Assembly (NCBI GenBank): GCA_032718475.1
Contig: JAUCBJ010001297.1
Coordinates: 60,824-124,823 of the forward strand
Direction: 5' to 3'
DNA from: Nemertoderma westbladi
Lineage: Eukaryota > Animalia > Xenacoelomorpha
Length of the DNA: 64,000 bases
The notes under the pieces were generated by a model. It was not told where the DNA came from and made no database searches. It saw only the letters and a program-made list of their open reading frames with translations. Each line of letters starts with the position of its first letter. Positions within the stretch are counted from its first letter, which is position 1. Shown here piece after piece: positions 49,137 through 63,875 of this stretch. A program made the position numbers and the translations under genes.

Positions 49137-49847
49137 GTTCCCAGAGTCGAGGGAGAGAGACTGGGACTTGGACGTGGTACGCCTGGTAGGCGCCGCGTGG
49201 GATGTACGAACTATTAAGTACAAATTCAATTAATGCAAAATAATCATATAAGTGCAATTTGTATGTACGTACATAGTAATTAGTAATCTAGAAATATATA
49301 CGTTCGGAGTAAGTACTATAGTCATACAACCTTTCTCAATTAGCTACTGGGACTGGGGGATAACTGACTATGGCACTATGGACGGGACACCAGACAATTT
49401 CACACTTCTTGAGTGCGACGGCACGAGAGGGGGGGGGGAGATTCGTCAGAAGGGAAGAGACAGTCGAAGTGACGTTGAGGAACGGAATAATAGTGCGGAG
49501 TGCGGAGAGAGTACGGACGCAATTCTAGTGTGGGGGGGAGAGAATAAGAGGCTGAGTGAGGGACGAGGAGGTCCGAGTGTGAGAGAGTTAGAATGAGAGT
49601 GAAGGAGAGATAGGGCGGAAGTGTTGGGGAAACAAAAGTTGCGTGAGAGGTGAGCGCGATCGGCCCGACATGAGACGCCAGGCACACAGGGTAGCGTTAT
49701 CATACCCATAGGGGGCGGCCTGGAAAGCCGACTCCGAGAGAAAAGAATTCCACCCCACACCCGATACTAGATCGGGATCCAGCGGGATTGTAGCGCACTT
49801 TTTTGGTTCATGCTATCTTCTTACCGGGAAGATAGCATGGGGGGGAG

Positions 49848-50380
49848 TGTTAGCTTATTCAATCCCGCTAACACCCCATAAAGTTATAAGCCGATAAGCA
49901 ATATTGGGAGCCACGAGATTGGGTAATTAACCAACTCGTGCCATCCCAATAAGAATGGGAAGGAAGCACACAATAGAGGGTCAGGGGCCAAACCCCTAAC
50001 CCAGAGAGAACAGGTGGAGTGAACGGGAACACTCCACGGGGCGCCAACAAGGGGGGTATCAACCAATCAGAGGGGGGCAAGGCATCGATTAGGTAGTAAT
50101 TAGGCCAACCGTGTAATATAACCAGTAACCCAATATCAGTAATTCAGTTATCTCAGTGCAGTAGTGCTAGCATAGGTTAATTAGTTTAGATAGGGGAGCA
50201 CGGGACTTTTAGTTACCGTATCCCGCCTTCCATATACTATACAATATATCTATATCTTATACCTTTATTATTATACACCGAACTTCAGAACTCATTATAC
50301 TTTCATTCACTCTTTATACACGGCGGGGACGCGTGAACTAAATACCGGATAAATCGGGATCCCTCCTGGATCCCGTCACA
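49848..50380 (+). repeat. 3' LTR of copy B
   Basis: 533-bp direct repeat of 31657-32186, preceded by hairpin and PPT. Confidence 0.96.
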
Positions 50381-50555
50381 GCCCCTCCGAATGGCCCTGT
50401 TGTTTCCCCCTAGTGGCGTCCCATAGGATCACTTTCATCGCCCGCAGCACATAGTAAACATAGTATTACATATATACATAGTAAAGGTGTTGGTTCTTTA
50501 TATTATATTATATTATATTGTTGATATATCTTAATAATAATAAATGGCTGACTTT

Positions 50556-51055
50556 AATTCGAATTGAATGAATTGAATTTGAATTGAACTCTCTTTTTTA
50601 TTAAAATTATAAAAACATATAAGTAACGAAATTAACAATTTAAATACACTGAAATTGGAACTGCAATAATTATAAATAACCACGACATCAATAAAAAGAG
50701 ATTTAATAATTAAAAGAAAAAGAGGGGAAGACCACCAAGGCAAATTGCACTTATTGGGGGCGCTGCACAGCATCACCAAAAAATTAATATAATGCAAAAA
50801 CATTGTATTACGTACGCAATGAAATAAAAAAAGTTAACTACGATATGTTCATAAAAAGGACGAAAGTATATACATACCAAATAGAAAATAAATAAAAACA
50901 ATCATAATCATGCATGCTAATCAATCGAATCTATTAAAATGACAATGTTCTGACAAATTACAAGTATTAAGTTTGTCACAAAAGGACTTAACTAACACTT
51001 ACTGCTTCGACTACGTCACTGGGCAGTGAGTTCCATATTGGCACTACTCTATTGG
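50556..51055 (-). mobile_element. 3' end of a CR1/L2-type LINE (target of copy C)
   Basis: Minus strand encodes NRVVPIWNSLPSDVVEA (typical CR1/L2 ORF2 C-terminus), then an AT-rich UTR, AATAAA and a (TTCAA)n-like tail at ~50556-50590. Confidence 0.75.
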
Positions 51056-51608
51056 TGTGACGGGATCCACGAAGGATCCCGATTTATCCGGTTTATCAAT
51101 CTACGCGTCCCCGCCGTGTGTGAAAGGTGAAAAGAGTTTGTTGATCGTTGTATATAGTCTCTCGGGTATAATGTATAATAGTATAGATGATATATGTATA
51201 ACTGTATAATTGAATGATAGTAAACGGAAGGCGGGAGACGGTGATTAAAGTCCCGGTACTTCCCTAGCTAAACTAACCTAACTAACACTAAATGATACAC
51301 TGACTAAATGATAGCTGTACTGATAATATATATTGCACGGTTGGCGAAGCTACGTTACTCAGCCGGTGCCTTCCCCCCATTGGCTAATAACCCTGTTGTC
51401 GCCCTTTTACCTTCCCCAGAAGTGTTTCCCTTCACCCCTGCTATTCTCTCTCTTTCAGGGGCGTAACCCCTGACCCCTATTGTGCGTGTATCTCTCCTTC
51501 CCACTTTGTTGGGGTGACACGAGGTTGATATTGGTAATCAACCTCGTGTTCCCAATATTGCTTAATGGCTCACTTTATGGGGTGTTAGCGGAATTGGATA
51601 AGCTAACA
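51056..51608 (-). repeat. 3' LTR of copy C
   Basis: Reverse complement begins TGTTAGC and ends GGATCCCGTCACA; the PPT complement (ATCCCCCCC) is adjacent. Confidence 0.93.
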
Positions 51609-52306
51609 ATCCCCCCCATGCTATATTCCCAGTGAGAAGATAGCATCCACCTCAAGTGCGCTACAATTCCGCTGGATCCCAATCTAGTATCGGGTGTGGG
51701 GTGGAATTATTTTCTCTCAGAGCCGGCTTTCCAGGCCGCTCCCTATGGGTATGATAAAGCTACCCCGTTTATCTGGCGTCCCGTGTTGGGCCGATCGTGC
51801 ACTCCTCTCACACGACTTTGTTTCCCCAACACTTTCGCCACTTCAACTACACTCTGTTCTCACCCTGACTCTCCTCTACTTCTCCTCACTTCCGCTCTGA
51901 CTCTCTTCCCTGTCCCTCACTCAGCCTCATATTCCTCCCCCCCCCCCACACTTAAATTGCATCCGCACTCTCTCCGCACTATTACTCCGTCTCTCGACCC
52001 CTCTTTGGCTAACCTACTCATCTCTGACAAGTCCCATCCCCCTCTCCTGTGCCGTCGCACTCAGGAAATGTGAAGTCGTCTAGTGCCTCGTTCGTCATAG
52101 TCAGTTCTCCCCAGTCCAGTAGCTAATTGGAAAAGGTTATATGACTATAGTACTTACTTCGAATGTATATATTTTAGTTAGTAGATTACTGATTGCTACG
52201 TACGTACGTACAAATTGCACTTATTTAATTATTTAAATTACTTGAATTTGTACTTAATAGTTCGTACGTTTCGCGTGGTGCCTTCCAGGCATGTTACACC
52301 GAAGTC

Positions 52307-54871
52307 TTAGTTCGTTTCACCAGCCTTTGGGAACCACCTCAAGTCATTCCCTTTGCCGTCCTCCTCCCTGGGTTGTTTCCTGGTCACTACCGCTCCTCTG
52401 GGATCCGCTTTCTGTCTTCGGACTCTCGCCGCCACCTCCTTACTGATCCCGGTCGTTGGCTCCTTGGGTGCCGGTGTTATCAGCTCCCGATATCGCTTCG
52501 CGGGTGGCCCCTCCGAGTGGCCCTGTTGTCTCCCCCTGGTGGCATCCCATAGGATCATTTTCATTGCCCGTGGCACATGCTCCGCCAAGAAATCTCTGAA
52601 CTCTCCTTGGTTCTGTGGCATCCACCTGTCCAAATACCTCTGCGTATTTATCACCCCGGCATACGACGTTGCCATTGATATCTCCTGGTAGGTAAACGGA
52701 AGTCTCCGTTTAATAATCTCCAGGTGGGCCTCCTGGTTGATATTAAAGAAGCCCCACCGGAACTCCTGGGCCTTCATACACTGCCGCGTCATGGCGCCGA
52801 CATCGGCCCACTCCTCGAAGATCTTAAATTTCTCTTCATCGTCCATCCAGTCGCACTGGCGTCCGTAGTGCCACCGGAAGTTGCACTTAGAACACCGGTT
52901 GTGCAACCGTGGACATGCCCCCATCCTCTGACTCAACTCGCGGCAGTAGAGGCAGCTTGTCCCCCTTTGGAATCGGTACAAGCAGCTCCTTTCCTGGTGA
53001 GTTTGCCTCCCGCAGTAATCGCAACCGAGTACCAATGCCTCCCGCCCCACGTCGTCTTTCGTCCCAAGCAATCTCCTCGGTCTATGGAGTCGCTGGTAAG
53101 GGAACTTCTGGACGTTAGCGTCCCTGTCCATGTTTATCTCCTCGTCTCGCCTGGGCATCGCCTCTCCGAATACTACCCGTGGTGCCGTTCCTGGTTGCTC
53201 GCCCAACCTGATGGCGCTCCCCGCAAAATCCATCGCCGGCTCCTCATGCACCCAGGCCCGCTTACCGGGTCTGTCCCAGAAGACCCTCGCCCCGCTGGCC
53301 GTCACCACCCTCCCACCAACCCAGTCCGTGTCTGAGTGGCTGATTCTCCCGATGGGTGGCATCTCTCTGAACTCCTCGTCATCCTCGTCCTCCTCTGGGA
53401 GTGGCTCCAAACCCAGTATCCCGGTGGATCCACTGTGTCCCTTCCCACCTTGGCTCTCGCCCATGACTCTCCATCCTTCCAGGTCCCCTGGCCTTCTCCC
53501 CGCGAAATCGCCCTCGGCGCCCGCTGGTATGGGTATCGTCTGCAATCCCGATGTCGACTGTTTCGGTGATCCCACCGTCTACCCTAATTCTCGCCCTAGA
53601 GACTTGCCCGAACTCCCTGATGATGTCCAACGAAGTTCGTCTAAGGCCGCCTGTTCCTCGAACCCGTAGCTTTCCCTTCTTTCTTCCTCCTCTCTTTCTT
53701 CTGCCTCCCTCCTTTCTCGCCTAGCGATTTCTTCCAATTGCTTCGCCTCTCGTCTATCCGCCTCTAGCTGCTCCCATCTCTGATATGGCGTACCCACCTC
53801 CCCGTCTACTAGATGTGGGCAGTTATAGTATACCGACTCGCCCTTCAGCCCTGGGTGGTCTACCAGACCCTCGAAAGCCGTCTTGAAGGCTCTTCTGTAG
53901 TTCAGGGGTGATCCCGATAGCAGGAATGCCGTTGGTTCTCTCTCAATGACGACGGTCATGAATATGTTTAGCAAACCCATCATTATCCAGTCCTCCTGCA
54001 GGATATATCGCTTCTGATATACCTTTATCGCTCCTCTCCGGAATTGATACACCTATTGTTTCCCTGGCCTTGCTCCCCACTTCAGCAAGTTTGCTAGCTC
54101 CACTCCGTACTCCTCTCTGAACTTACCCCAGTCCATCGGTTTGTGACACACGAGCCCCATTAGCTGGCCCATCGCCACCGCTCCACAATGGCCTGCGTTC
54201 TCCACTAGTCCCAACCCGTCTGGTGCTGTCATAGCCATGTAGACCATCTGCATGTCCAGGAGGTTGGGGGTGTCCGGACCGATGATTCTCTCCGCATCTT
54301 CGCGGATCGCCGATCCCACCTTTGTCGTCGACTTCTCTCTTACTAGGGTTTGCACCGCCTTTGGCAACCGGTTCAACTTCGGCCCGTTCTTCTTCCCATA
54401 CGTTCCCAGGTCGAATAGGAAAATGTCCCCATTTGGGGCGGCCAAATGTAGGAGTATGGTTCTGGCCGACCCTGCCGACCGTCTTCTTGAACCTTCCTCA
54501 TCTTCTACGGTCCCCTCATCGTCTAGGACCATGTATCCTCCCCTGCTGACGGACTTTACGAACCTCTTCCAATCCTTTCTTGGTGGCTCCTTTGCGTACT
54601 TCGGAATCCCGAAATTCGCCTCGTCTCCCTTCACCACGTAGTGGAAATGCTCGAAGATTGCGTTGTCTAGCGACGGTGTCCCGTAGGTCCCGACCAGTCG
54701 CCGTTTGTGCATCTCCCTGAAATGGTCCTGCAGCGCTCGCGCTTTGTGACCCCTCTCTAACCGCTCGTAGTATCCCCTCGTCTTTTCTTCCGGATGCCTC
54801 TCGGTGAAATCCACCAGTATCTCCTTTCCTCCTAACTCCACCTTTCTCTTTCTGACCAGTTTCTCCACCAT
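52307..54871 (-). pseudogene. Extra exonuclease/zinc-knuckle ORF of copy C (one frame, ~854 codons, two nonsense mutations)
   Basis: ORFs 54053-54886, 53579-54052 and 52307-53575 are in the same frame; the TAG stops correspond to E and W codons in A/B. Confidence 0.82.
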
Positions 54872-55359
54872 TTCGAACTCTCTCAATCACTCACCCGTAA
54901 GGTGGTGCCTTGCCAAGACCCAGTACAGATGAGTGATAAAGTTAGGATGGTCTGTGCAGTTCGATAATGGCCTATCTCTCACTGAATCTTAGGTTATCGC
55001 CTAATTTTCATACTTAATTTTCTAAAGGTGCCAAATTGTACTAAATTTCGTAATTCTGTCCGTTACTTTAATTAAGTTCTAGAATATTTCTCCTACTGTT
55101 GCCATAATTTGTCTAATTTTCTAATTTTATTTTATTTTAATATTTAATTTAATCCTACTACTGTGCTATCAGTATTCTGCCAATAGATTATTCTATTTTA
55201 TAATCCACATTCTGGCCTACTCTGTGGGCTTGTGCAGTACAACAGTATGCGTCGCGTGGCCTACACGATTTATCCAGCTGTACCCACGTGCCCCCCTCTC
55301 GCTACTCACTACTAGCTCTACTAACTCTCACTATATTTTATATTATACATATCCTCCTA

Positions 55360-55880
55360 CCACTAACTCTTACTGCTAACGGTACTATACGTACCCTCCT
55401 ACTAACTTCTCTACTAACTCCCACTACCGGTACTACGTACCCTTTTACTAACTTCTAACTACACTAACTCTTACTAACCGGTACTACGTACCCTCTTACT
55501 AACTTCTAACTCCACTAACTCTTACTAACCGGTACTACGTACCCTCTTACTAACTTCTAACTCCACTAATTCTTACAAACCGGTACTATGTACCCTCTTA
55601 CTAACTTCTAACTCCACTAACTCTTACTAACCGGTACTACGTACCCTCTTACTAACTTCTAACTACACTAACTCTTACTAACTGGTACTACTTACCCTCT
55701 TACTAACTTCTAACTCCACTAACTCTTACTAACCAGTACTACGTACCCTCTTACTACTAACTAACTCTCCAACTAACGGTACTACGTACCCTTAACTAAC
55801 TATCTAACTAACGGTACTACGTACCCTCTTACTACTAACTAACTCTCTTCTATCTGCCTACTTACTTACTACGTACTAAT
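55360..55880 (-). repeat. Tandem array of copy C (~51-bp unit, same GGTACGTAGTACC core)
   Basis: GGTACTACGTACC at 55480, 55531 etc. Confidence 0.9.
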
Positions 55881-55990
55881 ACTCTCTCTTTCTCTTTCTT
55901 TATTTATTATTATTTTTTTTTTTTATGTGTGGGAAGGGCGTCTCGCCCTCAATCCCACCCCCCTCAGTCCAAAACTAGGACAACTAAACT

Positions 55991-58900
55991 CTACGGTGCG
56001 CCCTCTAGAAGGCAACACTTCCCTACAGCCCTCCTGTAGGTCTTCCTATCTTTCGCTCCTATCTTTCCACCTATCCGCACTTCTACCGATCGGACTCTTC
56101 CGTCCTCATCGGAGTAAGTGCCCACAACTCTCGCCAATCTCCATTGGTTGTTGATGATGGTATCGTCCGTGACGATCACCAGATCACCCTCCTTTAACTC
56201 CCTATTTGTATTTCTCCACTTGCTTCTCCTATGAAGTGTGGGTAGATATTCCTCGACCCACCTCCTCCAGTACTCCGCGCTTATCGCCTTAGCGACTTTC
56301 CAACTTTGTCGGGAGTGTATATCGTCTGGGTCTACACCCCGCATGTCAATGGTTGCTGGTCTCTCCATTAGAAAGTGACTGGGCGTCAACACATCTAATG
56401 ACTCTGGGTCATAATTTTCTGGATATAGCGGTCTGCTATTAATGATACCCTCGCACTTTGCCAGTACTGTCCTTAGTACATCTTCTGTTACCATGTGGGT
56501 GTTCATCAACTTCGTCATCAGACGCTTGGAACTACCCACGAGTCTCTCGACGCATCCTACAGTATGCGGAGCATACGGCGTCCTCCTCTCCCACTTCATC
56601 TGTCGTCTTCTCATGGCTGCCCTGACTTCCTCCCCTTCCATGATGTCCAAGGCATCCGCCAGCTCGTTCTCTGCCCCCACAAAGTTGGTTCCGTTGTTAG
56701 AGTATATTACTGCGATCGTCCCACCTTTGCGGTCTCTGAACCTTTCTAGGACATTGATGAATGCCGACGCGGTTGCGTCTTGGGCGAGTTCTATCCCTAC
56801 CGCCCGCGTCTTGTAAAATACGAAGATAATGCCGTAGCGCTTCTCCGTGTGCCGCATCACCTTAATCTTTATTGGCCCGAACATATCCACACCGCAGTGC
56901 GTGAATGGCGGGTCGTGCTGTCTCACCCTACTGGCCGGTAGTGGCGCCATCTCCTGTATGGCTCGCTCCTTCTTCATTTGTCGGCAGGTCTGGCACTGCC
57001 CCACTACCGCCTTTACCTTCTTCCTTAACTGTTTGACCCAAAAGGTCCTTCGTATCTCCGTGAGGGTTCGGTTGGTGCCCCCGTGCAATATCGACTTGTG
57101 GGAGTCCCAGATGATCTGGTGGACTATCGGTGATTCATTAGGGATGATGATGGGCTTTGGTGGAATGATGATACTGTTGTTGTCCAACACCCTTGAGTTC
57201 ATTACTCAGATTCCATCATCATTGAGTTGTGGCGACAGCACGATCAGCTCACTGTCCCATTGGAGATGCTGTTGTTTACCGACGCGACCACCTTGTCGCA
57301 GTAATTCTTTCTCTGTTCGTAGTGGATGACGGCCTTGGCCGCTCCCTCCACATCGATGTTTGGTTTATTTTTTATGTCTTTGCCGCCTCCCTTGAGGAAA
57401 TCCCCGAAGGCTCTCCAGTACGCCACTAACTTCTTGGTCTTGTACCAACTTGAGCTGTAGCTAAGGACTTTGTCCGTCGGGTTATCGCACAGTTCTTCCG
57501 GTTTTGGCTGCACGTTCCTTATCTCCCTCACCATCTGGCTATATATCTCTTCACCCTCTGAATCTCCTCCTTCTTCCTCTAATGCTACTTCTGATGCTTC
57601 CTGAGCCCGGGTCCACCTTTTTCATCGACGGCCAGGCTGTCTTATCATTCAGAAATTGCGGCCTGTGCTGCCACAATACTTCCTTCTTCAAGAAAGTGTG
57701 GCGTGCCACGCCCCTCGATAACAAGTTCTTGTCTGTTGGGCAGTAGTGCCACCTTTCCAATTCCGTCGTCGCTCTTATTTAGTCCACCCTATTTGCGACG
57801 AATATAGGGTATCTCGTCCTTTCATTGTGTAGCCAACCAAGCACTACCATGGAGTCCGTCCAGTAGTGTGTTTCCACTATGTTGGGAATAGCATCCATCA
57901 AGTAGGCTGTGGCCCTTACTCCTTCCTCAGGACCGATGATGAATCCGGCGGCGTCGACTTCGCTTTGCTGAATGCAAGCCTGGGCTTATGAGCCCTCTCC
58001 CATTGTACTAGGTAGAGTGCTGCTCCGTATGCCTCCAATGACGCATCGGAGAATATGTGTAGATCCAGATTCGTCATGTCCCCATTCGGGAAATACACCC
58101 TTGGCATGCTGTATGTCCCCATATGTTATAAACTCTCTGTCCACTTACTTCATTGCTTGCTGATCTCTTCCGGGACCTCTGTATCCCATTCCTCCTTTAG
58201 TTTGTATACTTCATAAGTATCTGTTTCCCCGTGACTAGTAATGGGGATGCTAGGCCTACGGGGTCGTATATCCTTGCTATGTACGACACATAGCCCCTCT
58301 TTGTGTGGATGTCTGCGCCCTCCTGGCTCAATTGGTACTTCAGTTCGTCTGTCTCTCGGTTTCACACGATCCCTAGTGCCTTCTGTTGGGACTCTATCCT
58401 CTTGTTTGCCATGTCCTGTCCCTTGGCTGTCGTGGGATTATCCATGGTCGATTCTGGCCTTCTGTCTTCTATAGCTTTGATAAATTCTTCCAAACTGGAT
58501 TGGAACTTGGTCAGGTTAAAGCCGGATCCTTTAAGGGTGTCGCGAACCTCGTGCCCTGTATCCAGTAGTTCTTTAACCGTGTTTCCAGACTCCATTTCGT
58601 CGTCTACATAGAAGCCGCGTCGAATCATATCGACGGCTTTGGTGCTGTATCTCTCTTCTTTTCCTTTTACTGTGTCTCTCACAGCCACAGTCGTTGTGAA
58701 TGAGGACGAATTGGCCCCCATATTCTGCACCACCATCTTGTACATCGGTATTGTCGACGGTTCCTCGTCGCTGTTGTACCATAGGAAGCGCTGACTGTCA
58801 TTATCCTCTTCCTTTACACGGACTTGGTTGAACATGCCTTCGATGTCGCAGGTGAAGGCGTGCTTCCCATTCCTGAATCTAAGTAGGACCTCGATCCCTG

Positions 58901-61900
58901 AGTTATAGATATTGGGACCCTCCAGCAGATCATCGTTTAGGCATTTACCATCGGTCTTGGCTGACGCGTCAACTACCATCCGCAGTTTACCTTTCTTCGG
59001 ATCTAGAGCCACGTGGATGGCAGGTAGTAGGTCCTGTCCTTGTTCAGTTCGTCGACCGCTAACTCTACGGCCCATCCTTTTTCGACATACTTCCTAATCG
59101 TCTTGTGAATTTACTCATTCTTTTCGGGGCTCCGTTTCAGCGTTTGCTTCAACTTACGAAGCCTCGTGAGTACCATTCCTTTGTTGTTGGGTAGCGGTAA
59201 TTTTGGCTGTTCCATACCATCCCTATGGTATACCGCCCCTCGTCGCATGTCATCGATTCCTTCATGCTTTGTAAAGCCTGTTTATCTTCCACTGAGGTTC
59301 CGACCCCGGTCTCTTTCAATCCCTCAAAATCCTGCCTGAGCAGTCTCCTGAGCTGCTCCTCCGCTCCCTCATCTCCCATCTCTTGCATAGTTCCCGCGAA
59401 CATGCACCCTGATGTCTCCGACATCCTAAACTGTATTTTGCTCCTGATTGGGCCGCTCAGCGTCCACCCGAATGGTGTTAAAATCGCCACCGGGTCACAC
59501 TGCCTGTCTTCGCCGAAGACCATCTGCATTCTCTCGTGGGCCGTTGGGCAGTCCATTCCCACAATAATGGATACTTTCCTAACGTCCACGCCTGGTATTG
59601 AGAAGTTGATACTACTGTCCAGGAATTGTTTGACCTCAATGTTGGTTGGTCGCCTGGCGTTGATATTTATCGACTCTATCACCTGGATGGGGTCAATGGT
59701 CGCCCCATAGTCGCATCCCAGTGCTATCGCTGCTATCCCGCACCGTCCAGTCCTCATCTCCAGGACCTCATATTTGCTGGAGATGGTTGTTACCGCCATT
59801 CTACTTGGCCTCGTCCTCAATCCTATCTCTTCGGCCACCCAATTCTCAACCAATGTGAAGGCTGCTCCACTGTCGACTAGCTTCAGTGTGGTTACTGATC
59901 GATTGCGTTCCCCGATCACCCTCACTGGTACTACCCCGAGTCGTACCGTTCCTCTCTTCTTTGCCCCAACGGTGCTCGTTGCCATCGTCTGTCCTTTGCC
60001 TTGACTGAATTTGATTGGTGTTTCCTTGCATTGGTTTGCTCTGTGTCCGCTCATCACAAATTGAGAACAAATTTCATTTCTCCTCGCGTATTCTACCTGA
60101 TCTTCCCTGGGTAGTGCTTGCCAATATCTGCAGTTCATGGTCTGATGAAGTGCGTTTGTATGTAATTGGCATTTGTTCTTTGGGTTGTAGCCGTCCTTAT
60201 ACAGTGCGCTGCATATCGCACTTGCGTTTGTACCAAAGTCCCTACTGTTCTTATTGTTTGGGTTCGGCCTACTGGGGTTGGGTGTTGGGGTTATGTTTAT
60301 TTGTGTTGTTATTTTTCCCCTGCCCGCTCCATGATGTGGTCTTACCCCCGGCTACATGTGGACTAGCAGTCCCCTGCGTCGCCGCGTACGGCAGTGATTG
60401 TCTGAGCTTTGGCAATGCGTTCGCCGCGTTGTGTTCTGGTTTCGGCCTATGGTATTCGGTCTTTGGTCCCTTTCCCAGGCTATCCTCGCTATAGACTGGG
60501 TCCGTTATCAGTTCGGCTTCATAGTTCAAGAAGCTCGACATTTCTTCTAAGCCCGGTTCCGCACCCTTCTTGGCTCGAGTGGAGAAAGCAATCTTCCTCC
60601 ACTTGTTGCACAGCCACATCGGCAGTGCCTGCGCTATCGTGGTGATGTTATTAGACGCGTTGAGTTTGTATGGTGCGTCCAGCGTCTTTAGCACAATTAG
60701 CGCCTTCTCAACTTTATTTGCAAATGTCTTTATGCTAACGGGGTTATCCTGTAGGCCACCCGATGTTATCCCTCTCAGGGTCTGCCGGATGATCTTGGCC
60801 GGGTGCCCATACTCCCTGTCTAGTGCCCGCCATGCTGTCGTGAAGCCGCCCTCGATGCCCTGGTATTGCCTCACAATGTCGTATGCTGGGCCTCCTGTAT
60901 ACACTTGCAGATATTTTAGGCACTCCGCTTGTGTCAAATTCTTCGTTAGTATTTCATTACTATACATGCGCCGAAACTGCAGGTATTCTTCCGGCCTGCT
61001 TCCATCGAATTTAAACGGTTCCACAGGTGGCAACTCGATCCTGGTTTTTAATGCATCGAGTAATGTGGCCATTCCCATCGCTTGTGCTTCCAATGGGTTC
61101 GATGGATGCTGTATAGATTCTCCCGTTGGATGCGGCCTGTTCGTCCGATCTGCTGCTTTTCTTTGGCTTGGATATATCATCGGGGGTAGCGGCCCCCTCC
61201 ATATTTCGGTGTTGCACGATCTGTTCTTGTCCAAGGGGTTTGATGTTCTTATTCCTATTGGGGTATATTGTTGATATTGTGATGGGGGAGTGTCACCCTG
61301 CCCCCCCCCCCCCCCCACCAGTATGTTTGATACTGGGGTTGATGTTAATATATTGGGGCCCATGCACCTATCCGCAATAACTCTCCCCTCCCCTTGATAT
61401 ATGTTATGTCCTTGCATGCTGTAGTCATACTGCTGTGCTGGTACCGGTATAGGCCTATCGACTTCTGGCCTACCTGCTGGTATGTACTCCGCGACTTCCG
61501 GGTTTAATCCCATCGTCCACACTGCCCTATTGCCTACATTATCTCTCCCAGCATGATCTATGGTATGCGCAGTAAGGCCTACAGTATGTCCTGCAGTCTG
61601 TATGTGTCGCTCGGGATTGAAGTTTAACCTTCTCGAATAATCCTCCCCGTGGCTACCGTATTCTCGATCGGCAGGTGTATCCTGTCGGGAAGTTTCTCTT
61701 CGATCTCCTCTACTGCTCTCGTCCTCGTACCGGTACATCCTGTACCCCCCTCTTGGCGTGTAATACGCTTCGTCAGGTCGCGCCTCTCCAGGACGACGGC
61801 AATCTCCCGGAGTTCGACCCCACTGACTCTCCGTCTCCATCTCCATCTCTACTACCGACGGCTCGCTATCCATCCTCGCTCTCCTGTCGTTCGCGACGAC

Positions 61901-63875
61901 ACTTCTTCTACTCTCTTCCCTTCTTCTCTCTGCAGTGCAGTATCCCCGTTCACGAGATCTCTCGTTGACCTCCCGGTTAAACTCCACTGTTCTTCTTCCC
62001 TCTTCTGATTGGGCTCGACGTCTCGTCGCTCGCCCTCTCGCGACGTCAACCTGTCTCTCTCTGCTCGATTGCACACCGCTGGGGATACTCGTGATCCCCC
62101 TACTATTCTCCATCGCCGGGTGCTGCGGTTCACCTAATTCGCCTCGTGCATTATCCGCCGACGCCTGTGGGACACTCTTTGCCCCCCCCCCCCCCCTCTC
62201 GCCGCTGATCTCTCGTTGTGGGGCTCCTGTAGCCCCCCCCCCCCCCCCCATTCGCCACCTATTACTTCAATATCTCTTACTTCACTTCTACACCCCTCTC
62301 TAGTCGATGCACTAACTCCACTGCGGCTGGGTCTATTCACCCCCGCCTCTCCCTCTGTTACTGTGTTGCCTGGCAGGCTCCCGTCGGGTTGACTCAACCC
62401 CGCCACTTCCTGCCTACTAACTACGTGGCCTACCAGGCCCTCATTGGGGTTTCTCACCCCCGCCACCTCCTGCCTACTAACTACAGTACATGGCCTACCA
62501 GGCCCTCACTGGGGTTTCTCACCCCCTGCCACCTCCTGCCTACTAACTACGTGGCCTACCAGGCCCTCATTGGGGTTTCTCACCCCCGCCACCTCCCGCC
62601 TACCAACCACATGGCCTACCAGGCTCTCATTTGCCGGGCCACGCACCTCAGCCACGTTTATATTAATTGCACCATTACCAATATTGTCCTCTAAATGAAT
62701 TAAATTATTTTGTACACCTAAATTAGAAACGGGATTATTATTTATATTATTTTGCGTATCTAAATTTAAATTATTTGAATTATTTTGCGTAATTACATTA
62801 TTTGAATTATTTTGTATATTCGGGTTTAGATTTAAATTTAAATTATCCGGACTACTTTGTACATTTATATTAGGGTTATTATTTGAATTATTTATATTTA
62901 AATTTAAATTAGAATCACCGGATAAAATATTATTCGCTGCAATAAAAGGTTGATTAGAATTATCCACTACGGTACTAATAATATTAACGTTCTCTACTAT
63001 ATTACTATTATTACCCCCCCCCCCCCCCCCCCCCCCCGCCCGTACGGTCACACCAGTCTTGGGTCTGTCGTCCGGTCCCTGAAGTGGGGTATTAATGAAT
63101 GTTTCCACAGCTCCTGGCTCCTCGTAAACACTACTCGAGCCAGCCTCGCTCTCTGACAGCCCCATCTGCGTCAGTTCCAGTCGGTGCTTCTGTTTTGCCT
63201 GGTACTGCATAAGCCCCCTCAACCGGGCGTGCATGTCATCCCGCACACGTTTTCCCGTTATATCTCTCTCACTGTCCTCTCATGAACTCTGCTCGCCCAA
63301 TTCCGCCTCTCTCATAACTCTCTCAAGTCGTCTCGCCTCGCGCTCTCTTCGCTAATTCTCCTCTCTCGCCCCACGCTCTTTACGTTCTTTCTCCTCTCTC
63401 GCCTCACGCTCTTTACGTTCGATGCCTCTGCCGCCTCTCGCTCTCTACGTTCGCTCGCCTCTGCCGCCTCTCGCTCTTTACGTTCGCTCGCCTCTGCCGC
63501 CTCTCGCTCTTCTTGTTCCTTTCTTTCCCTCTTTCCTATTTCTTCACACTCCCTAAAGTTTCTCGCAACCCTCTCTGCCCTCTCTTTATTCTCTCTGGCC
63601 AGCTCTCTCTCTTTCTCTAGTAACGCACTCCCTTCTTCCAACTGTCTCTCTAATTCTCTCTGGTCTAGCGCCACCAGATCGTGCTGACACACCAGATCTA
63701 TTTCTAGCACCTGTCTTAATTTTGTGGAGGATGTAGCAGACTTATCGATCGCGACAAACTCCCGCCGCCTTCCCGTCCTACTGACTTTCCCCTGCTTTCT
63801 GGAATTTTCGCCGACCGATGAGACCGAATCCTTTGGGTTAACCTCGGATTTACCCTCCTGTGGTCCCCTCCAACC
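55991..63875 (-). pseudogene. gag-pol: Degraded gag-pol of copy C
   Basis: Fragments 55991-57202 (integrase), 57244-59075 (RNase H/RT), 59149-60138 (protease), 60269-62251 (gag) and 62134-63875 (N-terminal extension). Confidence 0.93.

Larger units (their letters stand above)
31657..50380 (+). mobile_element. BEL/Pao copy B (same family as A), carrying a nested Gypsy element
   Basis: LTRs at 31657-32186 and 49848-50380; TSD GCACC/GCCCC (one mismatch); collinear with A. Confidence 0.96.
51056..63875 (-). mobile_element. BEL/Pao copy C (more diverged member of the A/B family), 5' end not in the window
   Basis: 3' LTR, PPT, extra ORF, tandem array, pol and gag are all collinear with A on the minus strand; homology stops at ~63875. 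Confidence 0.94.
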
